In this document: piece after piece, positions 25,861-36,405 of the stretch | Position numbering within the stretch: the stretch's first letter is position 1 | Layout of the letters: every line of letters starts with the position of its first letter | Assembly: GCA_050084985.1 (NCBI GenBank) | Contig: JBITNC010000001.1 | Coordinates: 3,906,001 to 3,970,000 of the forward strand | From: Nageia nagi | Lineage: Eukaryota; Plantae; Pinophyta | Reading direction: 5' to 3' | Length of the DNA stretch: 64,000 nt | Translations under genes and position numbers: made by a program | The notes under the pieces: generated by a model | The model's database searches: none | The model's input: only the letters and a program-made list of their open reading frames with translations | What the model was told of the DNA's origin: nothing

Positions 25861-28485
25861 ATTTTATTTTGCTAACAAACATGGATGCAGTGGACGTTTG
25901 AAGCAAGTAAATGAAGATTACACTAGAAAATCAAAGATTGGTGAGAAAGCAAAACAAGAGGTGTTGGAATGTATAATGCATTATTGTAAGGTTTTGTAAG
26001 TTCCTCTTTGTAAATTCACTAATACTTATTGGTATCCCTAGATACCTTAAGTATTTAAGTGAATATGATAATGTAACTTGTCTTACACTCCATCTCATGA
26101 GCATGCCCCTTGGGTAAAAGTGTGAAGAATGTCATGCCTTTGTACAATGGTTAAAAGGGTGATCCAAAGGGAGAATTTAGCCTATAAATAGAAAGCCCCC
26201 TCTTTGTCATCATACACCAAAAAAATTGTGAAGCAAAGTTATGCTCTAGGATAGTGATTAGAAGATGTAAAAAAAGATCTTATAAGAGAGTTGTCTTTGT
26301 GAATGAAGAAAGATCTTAGATAGTGGTTGTACTCTAGGTGGAGAAACCACTTTATATTTTGAGTAAATTTGAGTAAACGCATTTGAAGGTATGATTTTTT
26401 TTAGAAGTTCTTTCAAATACTACTAACAGTTATGTAGTTACATGTTAGTTGTAATTGCTTAAGAAGAAGCAATATATTGATTTGCAATTTTTTAGATTCT
26501 ACATTTTTAATGTTAATTATAAATTTTTGCTAACATAACCTATGTTAGATTAGATTTAAAATCTAATTTGTAAAAAAAAAATTGCTTCAGAAAAAAAAAG
26601 AAATTACTAGTATATTGTTAATATTACTAATAATTTTGTTAAACTCCAAATTTTCTCTTGCTCCACTCTTGGATGCCTCTCCAACTCTTCACGCTTTTGC
26701 CCTTACATGCCCTCCTTCATTCGTTTCTTTGCCATAGTCAGAGCATAACGTGATCGAGCTCACCCCTTCATTTCATTTGGTCACTCAGCCCTTTCTCCCT
26801 ACGTTTGGCCAGACTGCGTGCATCCTTTTGATGGTCTCTAAACTTCAAGGAGATCTTTCTTTTGCTGTCTGACTCAACCTTCACGGCCCCACCTTCCTCA
26901 AACAACCATCGCTCTCCTCAGGCGCACTCAGTTCTCTCCCTTGCGATTTTTTTTTTGTTTGAACTCCTCTTTCTCAGCTTGGAAGTATAGACATCTATAT
27001 GCATTAATTTTTTTTTATTAGTTGGTGGTTGTTTATACGCTTTGTTTCTTCCATTAATGGATGTTCATATGATGGCTGTCTTTTCTAAGTAAAAGTGTAA
27101 CTAGTTAATCAATTTTTTATCATCATTTTTCATTAAATAAATCTCATTTGATGTAGAGTTAAAAGTTAGAATGCATGATGGCTTATTAAATATTTACCTT
27201 ATCTACTTAGAGGAAATCATGAGGGTTACTAAGGAATTTTTCAAGAAGAAGGTAATCTTGTAGAGGTATTTTTTTCCTTAAAATTACTTTCAATGGCAAA
27301 CATTTTTTTTTTTTAATTATCTTTGCCTTTGAACTTACAAGATAATTTTTTAGGCATTATGGAGGAATATTTATGCTAATGCTTTAATTTAATTGCAATT
27401 TTTTTTTTACTTTCGTAAAACAAAGCAATTTTTTAGTACTTATTGCAATTATGTTACTAATGCAAAATTCTTAGCATTTTCTCTTAGTTAAAATTATTTT
27501 CTAAAGTAACTTAATAATGCTATTTTTTAGTATCTATTGAATGGAAAGCATCTTCCTTAATATCTTTTAAGTAAAAAGGAGGTAATTTTATAAATGTTTT
27601 ACTTAATTATTTTTTTTGCAAGTTATGGAAATGATGAATGTTTATTACTTGGAAACTTTTATGCCTTTCTAAGTATTTATTGATAAATTACCTTATGCAA
27701 AGTTATGAATGAACTTATGCAAAATATGGAATTATGTAAAGATGTCCTTTAGGGTTTAGTAAACAAAACCTATTAGACTTTTAGGTTTCAAATTATTGAT
27801 GGATGATATTTCTTTTTTACGCACTTCATTTTATGTTTTTCATCTTTACTTTATTTATTTATGCAAAAATAAAAAAAATATTAAATGTGCAACCCCCTAA
27901 AATGAACATATTTGCACGTATATTTCGCAACATGAATATCATGATACCACATAGGTGGACAAGCATGTGTGTAGTGATACCACATGTTTGCATGTCCATT
28001 CAGAGATTATCTTGATAACCTAGGAGGATAACTTGAAATCTAATCAAGATTAATAATTTGGTCAATCCAACATACGTCACAACCTTGAAAAATAGTTAGT
28101 ACTCCTCTTTGTGAGAGTATATTACTACCCAAGGTAAACTGGTTGAGGATTGGTAAGACCTAGGTTCCATCTTGCAAGCATCCAAGTGAAAGCCTAATTT
28201 TAGATAAGAAAATAAACTTCAACATTATCCCTCTATATTTATGGTAATTGGTGATGACAAAAGTGTTGGATACATGGGATGTATTATGACTTTCTATTAT
28301 AAACATTTGCACATGTGAACTTTGTTTAACAAATTAAGCATGTCATTCTATCAAATTTAACATGTATGATTGATTTATTTGAATAAATCTAAAACATGTA
28401 TGGATGTTTAAAACTAAACATGTAAAGTTGGTTAATTAGTCCACATGCTTATAAGGGTTAACACTTTCATATTCTTGTGTAGTAA

Positions 28486-30576
28486 ATGGAAGGCACCTTC
28501 TTACCTAAGCACATTCTCAATGGTTCCAACTTTGGTATTTGGAAACCTCAGATGAAAGTTGAATTGCAAGCAAGGAAGCTATGGCAAACAGTTAATGAGA
28601 ACCTTGTTGCTCCTTTAGATGAAAAGGTACTTGAAGCATACAACACAAAGAATGAATTTGAAACCTCCATGATTTTTTATGCAATGTCAGATGAAGTGCT
28701 TCTTATGATTTTATCATCAACCTCAACAAAAGAAGCTTATGATAGGCTCAAAAAAATTTACCTTGGATTTAAATTCTCAAGAAGGTTCATTATTCTCCAA
28801 AAGTTACTTCAATCTTATCAAAGAGAAGATGAAAATATTACCATGTACTTGAATAAAATCATTGACCTTAAGATCTAACTTATTTCTTATGGGTGCAATT
28901 CGATCAATAATGAGTTCATGGCCTTCATCATTCTCCAAAGCCTTTTTTCAAAGTTTAGTAACTTTGTGACTATAATTGAGATTAGGTTTAATGATGAAGA
29001 AGAAGTCTTCTCTCTCGAGAACTTTTCAAGACTTCTTATAAAGCATGAGAAAACTTTTAAAAAAAGATGTTGATCTCTTCTTCAAAGGATAAAAATGTTA
29101 CTCTAGAAGCAACCAAAACTCCTTTCAATGAGAAGTTCAATCATCAAAGAAATCTTATCCTTCCTTTTCCAAGAAGTTTGAGAAAAGGGGTAACAACAAC
29201 AATAAAAATAATAATAGCTACAATAAATAAAGAGATGGAAAAGGTAAAGCAAGTAAAACAAATCTCAAGGCTAAGTTCGATAGAAATTATAACTTTTATG
29301 GTATATATGGTCATAAAGAATTTGATTGCTACAAAAAGAAAAGTGAAGAAAATAACAAGGGTAATGAAAATGTAAAGAAATTCAAAGGGAAGAATAATAT
29401 AAAAGCTAAACTTATTGTTGGGCTCTATTACATGAGTTGCTCCTTCTTGTTTGATAGGATTGTTGACTCTAAATGCACTAATTACCTATGCTTTAGAAAT
29501 GATAAGTTTAAAATTTTTTATAAGTATAAAAAAGATGCAGTTATGATAAGAGATAATTCAATTCTTGAAGTCCAAGGAATTGAGAGTGTGTTGATTCATG
29601 AGAAGGTTCTTGAAAATGTGCTCTTTATTCCTAAGCTTAGGATGAACCTTCTCTCCCTAATTCAAGTTACAAGAAAAGGATACTCATTTGAGTTTGACTC
29701 ATACTCCTGGTGCATTAAGAAGGGACTTACCACTTTGGTCAAAGGATCAGTGAAAGATGATCTTTACATTATGGATCAAATTCCAATGAAGATGTGTATT
29801 GCTACGAATGTATGCTCTAAAGGTAATCTTTGGCACCATCATGTAGACCATCTCAACCATAAAAGTATTCAAATCATGAAAGACTAAGAACTTATGGAAG
29901 GTTTGCCTTCAATTTCACCTTCAATCAGTTTACATGAGAAGTGCATCCTAGGCAAGATGTATATACAAAGGTTTTAAAAAGATAAGGTAATAAGGGCATC
30001 TCATCCTCTTTAGCTTATGCATTCATATTTCATAGATCTATTTCAAATTAAGTTTCTTAGAGGGGCATCTTATGTCTTGACCTTCATCGATGATTTCAGT
30101 AGGATGATATTTGGCTATCTACTTGAGCACAAAGATCAAAACTTTGAGAGTTTTAAAGATTTCAAGGCCTTAGTTGAAAATCAGACTAACCTTAAAATTA
30201 AGATGCTAAGATCATATAATGGAGGAGAATATAATAGCAATGAGTTTGATATCTTTTATGCTAAGTATGGAATCAAGAGGCAGTTTACAATTACTTACAC
30301 TCATCAGCAAAATAGTATTATGAAAAGAAAAAATAGGATAATTATGGAGATGGCTAGATGCATGTTGGAAAATCGTCCTAATTTCTTGTGAGGTGAAGTT
30401 GTGAGCACTGTAATTTACACCTTAAATAGGTGTTCCACAAAAGCTATTACGGGTAAAACTCCTTTTAAGACATGGATAGGAATAAAACCTAACATTTTTC
30501 ACCTTAGAGTGTTTGGTTGTGAAGCACTCTCAAAAGAGTTGAAAAATGCATCTTTGTTGGTTATGATAGTCAATAT
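28486..30576 (+). mobile_element. Degenerate Ty1/copia gag-protease-integrase, truncated before RT
   Basis: LNGSNFGIWK (copia gag N-terminus), IVDSKCTNYL (protease), LENVLFIPKLRMNLLS, LWHHHVDHLN, FIDDFSR..IKMLRSYNGGEY..KRKNRIIMEMARCML, HLRVFGC, KCIFVGYDSQ (30544-30573). Confidence 0.9.
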
Positions 30577-30594
30577 ATCCAAAGAGGTGCAAAA

Positions 30595-31309
30595 TGTAGA
30601 TGTCTAAAAATGATTTATTATTTATTTAATAAATCATATTTATAATTCTTAAATGATTAATGGCAATAATACATAAATCAAGATAAAGTTGATATTACAA
30701 TGTAATATCATTTACCATGGTTTATATTTTAAGTTATCTTGAATATAGCAAAGATTATTATTATTGCTAGAAGTTGACCTCATTCCTCTCTATGTCCTAT
30801 GCAGACTATAAATATGGGTGGAATATGTTGATTTCAATAGATCAGAATTCCTAATGATATGATAAAGAACTCTAACAACTAGTTGTCAACTGTAATGATA
30901 TCTCCAAATGCCACCTAACATTAAGAATTTGTTATACTTTGAACCCTAAACTTTCCTCTTTTGTGCACTACATGATTTATCAAGATCCATGTCGTCAATG
31001 ACCTACTACTCCTATGCCATCAGTGCAATGCATTGTATAGATTGAGAGGTATAGATTTTGATGGTTGACTCATTGCTCCATTCTTGTGAAGATATGTTGC
31101 GATCTCATCCCAAATACGATCCTAATCCTTTGAAGATTCACTATTATCTGCTCTTAAGGATTGTACACATACTCACTTTGTATCAAGTTCATGTATTTCA
31201 TATATATTTGTTGTAATCTAATATAAAGCATATCATTGTATACTCATTGTATTCTGTAGACCATTTATTTATTTATGTTTATTCATAATGGCATAATTTG
31301 AGGTCTGCA
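30595..31309 (+). repeat. 3' LTR
   Basis: TGTAGATGTCTAAAAATG...AATTTGAGGTCTGCA, preceded by a purine tract. Confidence 0.92.
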
Positions 31310-31670
31310 ATCCTAACTACCTGAAGGCATGGTTGAGGCAAAGATTCACAAAGAATCAACTTAATTTTAGTTGCTTACCCTTTGTGAAGAAATCCAACTA
31401 TGTTTTTAAGGTATTTATCTTTGCAAATTTTTACCCCATCATCCACCAAACTAGAAATTTTTGCTAATAATGCAAGCATGATCTCAAAGCTAAATGAGCT
31501 GATAATCACTCTCCAATCCTTCTAACTATATGTTATTTGATTATATAACTCCAAATCATAGCCTACAAATAGGTTCAAAAAATTCCAATAGTCCACTTTT
31601 TGCAGGCACTCCTTAACATCATCCTGCACTAGAAGGTAAAAGGCTCTGAGCATAGATCCATATGGTTCAA
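31310..31670 (-). pseudogene. 5' part of the TE-associated (PMD-like) ORF split by the LTR element
   Basis: Minus strand reads SEPF..VKECLQKVDYWNFLNLFVGYDLELYNQITYS*KDWRVIISSFSFEIMLALLAKISSL, collinear with FIDALEGHNLEWSCQVVESWDEGRMTIDGTHFTINMELI (ORF 34281-34517). Confidence 0.55.
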
Positions 31671-32006
31671 CAAATGGGTATGGAAAATTCCAACAAGCTA
31701 CATGAATCCTTTCCTATATAATTTCTTAGCTAATACTGCTCAACACTTTATCTCCTCCAAAAGTGATTGCATATTGGGGAAGGTATGTGGGTCTAAAACT
31801 AATTGAGTTATCCTTTGCACCTCTAACCATGAGTGTTTTCCCATACTTTCAAAGTTGTATCTTATCTACCTTGGTATTTGCCTCTATAGGAACCCATTTC
31901 ATCGATGATTCACACAAACCAAGCATAATAAAATCGTCAACTTAATTTATACTAGTTCAATATTTCATGTCAATGCGTGATTATAAAGTGAATACCCATG
32001 TGACTT

Positions 32007-33150
32007 TGTTAAGATCCCACATATTAACATTTAATTAGGTTTAATTATGTTAGTAGTTATTTTAATTACCAACTTTTGATAACTGATGATGTGAACTATC
32101 ATATTTTTGTAAGGTAAGTTGTCATTTTAAATTAAATGACCAAATAGGGTTAGGGTAGGAAAACTATAAATATTTGTAAGAGGGGTAAAGAGAGCATCGG
32201 AGAAAATCATTTTGTCTTTTGAGTTGTAAGGAGGAAGTCCCCTCAAAGTAGCCCATGATTCGTATTGCTATCAATAAAGTTATTATGTTCTATTATCATG
32301 TTATTAATTTGAGTGTAATGTTCTCTTTTCTATATTTGGCTACATTTTGAATCTACTAATTGTTCCATATTTTTAGTATTTCATTGCTATTTGGGATAAA
32401 AACCATTTTTAGTTATGTTAGGTTCCTAATAAGTGGTATTAAAGCATTGATTTTGGCTACTTGTGGGTAGTTCTATGTGATCGCATCAAGTTGGAAATCT
32501 AGAAATTGTTCATTTTTCGATTGAAATTCTTTCCAAATTTTCGTAGATTGTAAGGTTTCATCGAGTTGAAATTTTAGATTTTTTTCTATTTTTTAGCCAA
32601 AACTCTACCTAAATTTTCCTAGAATTCTACAGAACCTCCAAAATTTTTCACCCAAAATAGCAATTCTAGAATATGCAAAAACTTTTGGGATAGATATCTC
32701 CCAATTTGTGAGGAATAAGCAAATTTTGAGAGTGCCCATTCGTTACCTTTGATAATATTTTTTTAGAACAGAGTTTGAGGTCAAAAAACATCATTTTGTG
32801 ACCTAGCTCGTTTTGATTATTTTTCATGTTGATTATTTTTATATATGACACTTATACACTTTTTTCAATTTCTAAAAATAGTAAGTTGGATCCTTGTGTA
32901 ATTTCAAATGGTGGATGGAAGGAGATCTTAGGACTTTGACAAATTATTGAGCAAGATGGATGAAATCATTGAATTCTTGCAGAAATAGGATATTGACAAA
33001 CTCAATAAAAATATGACCACTATGTAAGCATCAATAGTCAATCTTGATACCAAGCACCAACTTGGCCATAATAAATTAGAATCAAACAACATCCACTAGG
33101 GCACAAATGTAGGTTTGCATTATTGATGCTTGCATAATGGTCATAATAGT
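32007..33150 (+). mobile_element. Truncated LTR element: ~425-bp LTR, degenerate PBS-Met, 5' internal region
   Basis: TGTTAAGATCC (32007)...GGTTCCTAATA (32431); CTATAAATA near 32164; PBS-like TGGTATTAAAGC at 32434-32445. Confidence 0.65.
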
Positions 33151-33399
33151 AGCCATATGAAACAAAAACCTTCCTATGCTAACCGTCTTAGCTTTAAACA
33201 ATGAAAGCTTAGGTATTGGTCAAACTATGGTCACCCAAATTCCACTCATGGTCCAAAACTTTTACAAGGCAATCCAAGTTAATATCACTATATTTGACAA
33301 TAGCATGAACATACATGCTTAAGTATAAGAATGACCATAACACATCCATTTCAACTTCAAAGAAATTAGCTTGCTTCTAAACCAATACATAATTGAGGA

Positions 33400-34517
33400 T
33401 GTCATCATCAATAATAACTACGATGATAACCCATTTATTGCCATCCCACTTACACATACAATACATATCATCAAAATGGGCTCTTTAAGCCTACTTATTA
33501 ACTTTAGTTGCCTTCCATTCATCACCAATGCCAAAATACACATGCTTGAAGAAGAAACAAAATTTATCTCTTCTCTTACACTTAGAGGGACACTTTCTAC
33601 TTTAAACTTCAACCAACTTTGGGCATCCTCAATTTGCATTTTGGAGGACTCCTTAAACCCCTAGAAAATCCAATGTCTCTTGCAACATTTACCCTAGAAA
33701 GTCACTTCCTCCTCATCCAAAGGGTAAAACAATGTGTGAGGTTGAGCCTCCTCTAAGACCTGAGGATTCAAACTAGGATAGGTTGATAACAAAGGGGAGA
33801 AGAAGGAGGGGGGGAGAGAGAGAGGGGATATGGGAGAGGGGAAGTAGACAAAGGAGGTGAAGATTGAACAGGGGGTTGGGGGTAATCAAGAGGTGGAGAG
33901 TCTATATAAAATTGTTGAAGGGGAGCAACCATTTTAGCCTCTCTTCAAAAAAAATAATCAAAATTTTAATCAACCCTTGGTGGAAAATGATGCAACCTCT
34001 ATTTCTCCTAGTGTAGATGCCAAGGGAGTGAAACAAAAAATAGGGCAGGTTAACTTCAAATCTACCTCTAAAAAGAGATATCAAAATGAAGTGGCAACCA
34101 TTGATTTATGTGTACCAACCCTCTAAGGTAAAAATTCTGATAAACAACTTCACAACCTCATACCACATATATGTAATTGAATCAATGAGGTATGCAAACA
34201 TCATTTTTCTCAAAATTGGCTCACCTAGGTCCAATAAGGTGTTAACATTGTTTGGGGACATACACATCTCTCGATAATACTTAACCCCAACATTTCACAC
34301 TATTAATAAGCTCCATATTGATAGTAAAATGGGTGCCATCTATGGTCATCCTCCCTTCATCCCAGGACTCAACAACTTGGCAAGACCATTCTAGATTATG
34401 ACCTTCTAAAGCATCAATGAACCCCCTGATTCTACCATTACATATAATACCCCAAACATTTGGGTCTTCTCTAAACACATTATCATTTTTAGGCTTAAGC
34501 CTCTTTTGCCCAATCAT
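33400..34517 (-). pseudogene. Second copy of TE-associated (PMD-like) ORF, frameshifted
   Basis: ORFs 34281-34517 and 33902-34084, followed by a Pro/Ser-rich segment (purine tract 33790-33900 on +); intronless; same motifs as the split copy. Confidence 0.5.
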
Positions 34518-36171
34518 TATGCATCCAAAAAATTAAGACAACTAAATGGTATGGAAAGTTGTTATCCTTATCGTAAGTAACCTCCACCACCTTGCAAGTC
34601 TAATCAAGACTGCCCACACAATTCTTCGATTGACGGTTCTAAACACTTCAATTCATACCAAAACTACAAAGACTTTATGAGCCATAACATCCCATGTGCT
34701 GTCCCATGCAAATAAATTGTCAACCTTGATCCCAACGTGAGATCGTAGTGGACCCACTCTCCCTATCGTATCAAAAGAAGAATATTTCGTTATGGCTATA
34801 TTTAAAATTTCGATGAATAAAAGTCTAAAAATATTATCTTTCAACCTTTCAATGAGATGAAACTTCCAACTACTTCAAAGAAACAACTTCCAAATATTAC
34901 AATTAAATGGTAAAAAAATAATTTTCATGGATGATATTGAATATTGTATGTAATTCTATATGATATAATTTATAATTTCATCCGCATAAAATCTTATCCA
35001 AAATACAAAAGAAAAAATCATTCCTCTTTCCTTATCATGATTATATTATGTGTCAATTTTGACATAACAGAATTATAACATGATTAACACAGTTAAATTT
35101 TGTGGACAGCAAGAAAACTGTATAACCGAATGAAACCTGGGAAATTAAAATGCATCTCGTTCAAATAATTTTAGCTTTGCTAGAGTGCACTGGCATTATG
35201 CTCTACCTCAATTTAATGTTGTGGGCTCTGATGGAAACCTAAAGTAAAAGATATCTTTCCTAAGGACTTACTTTTTCAATATACATTTCTTGACGCAAGC
35301 AGATATTATTATAGAAAAACATTGGCTCCATTGAATAAAAAATTAACTAAGCAGATACCATATTTCTTTAATTTGTGTTCTAGCATGTTACATTCCATTA
35401 CTATTCTCCATTTCTACATTTATAACTATAGGCAGACGAGACCGATTGTTCAAATCATCAATCATCCTCGGTTAGAAAATTCTCAAATCAATGCTTTAAT
35501 TATTTCCAAACGAAATATTTTTAAGCGTTTTTTTAAACCCTTTTCTTGTTTACATTGGATTTTGTGGTTTTTTATGGAAATCAGTAATATATCTGCGAGT
35601 GCATCAATATTTTTCTTGTTTTTTTTGGTTGTCTGGGATGGTCAGTATATTTTTTTGGCATTAGATTTTTAACCTCAGTATAACTTTTCTTCCGGGATTT
35701 CCGTTGCATGAAAAGTGGTGATTTGATTTTAATTTCGATTGTTTTTTATGCATTTGTGAAGTGAGGTTGTGGGTTTGAAATCTTGCCGTGGATTCTGGAA
35801 TTTTTTCATATTGGTAGTATTGATTATGAAATATATGTTGTGGGTCAGGATTGGTTTTGGCTATTAAGCTTCTTTAGGTTAAATCTTAATTTATCTTCAA
35901 AAATCTTGTTTGCTTCAGGACACCAATTTCAATTTTTTGCTTGAAATTCAGGATATCTTTCTCATTTTTTGTGCCACAAATCAATTTTTTGTTTTCTGTT
36001 TTGAATTTTTGCTTGAAACAGATTGTTAGAATTCCTCTTTCAAGTCTAGCACACAATTATTTGGTATTTTAATTTTTGGTGAGAAACCGCATTCCAATTT
36101 TGTGTAATTGGTCGAAATTAATTTGTGTGGTTGGTTTGGGGGGAGAATTTTCAACTTGGGTATTAAAAAAA

Positions 36172-36405
36172 ATGGCATATCAGTCCAGAGAGATAGGCAA
36201 CTACGAAGTCAGTGCGCAGATCGGGGCTGGCTCGTTCTCTGTCGTCTGGCATGCAAAGCACAAATTCACTGGCCAAGAAGTTGCTATCAAGGAAATTGCC
36301 ACAGGAAAGCTCCAGAAAAAATTGTTGGAAAGTCTTCAATCAGAGGTTGAGATTTTGCAGAAGATTGAGCATCCTAACATTACAAGGTTGCATGAGATTA
36401 TTAAA
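36172..36405 (+). CDS. ATG1: ATG1 coding exon 1
   Basis: ATG in AAAAATGGC context; GAGSFS loop, VAIK lysine, helix-C Glu; donor AAA|GTAAGT. Confidence 0.95.

Larger units (their letters stand above)
22811..31309 (+). mobile_element. LTR retrotransposon with paired gypsy-type LTRs and chimeric gypsy/copia interior
   Basis: Two 715-bp TG..CA direct repeats (22811-23525, 30595-31309). Degenerate tRNA-Trp PBS TGGTGAACCTAACA at 23529 (consensus TGGTGAACCCGACG). PPT AAAGAGGTGCAAAA at 30581-30594. Flanks GTCTT / ATCCT fit a decayed 5-bp TSD (two transitions). Confidence 0.9.

Noticed and set aside
25870-26635. 5' LTR and PBS of the internal copia element
   Set aside because: LTR-like (CCTATAAATA at ~26181) but no convincing terminal CA or PBS, so not called as a feature.
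33790-33900. G-quadruplex-like purine tract upstream of ATG1
   Set aside because: Explained as the antisense of a Pro/Ser-rich segment of the decayed TE-associated ORF; no evidence of function.
36076-36171. In-frame N-terminal extension of ATG1 in the ORF track (MVRNRIP...)
   Set aside because: The track starts at a TTG. The first ATG (36172) has good plant context and matches the start position of plant ATG1 proteins.
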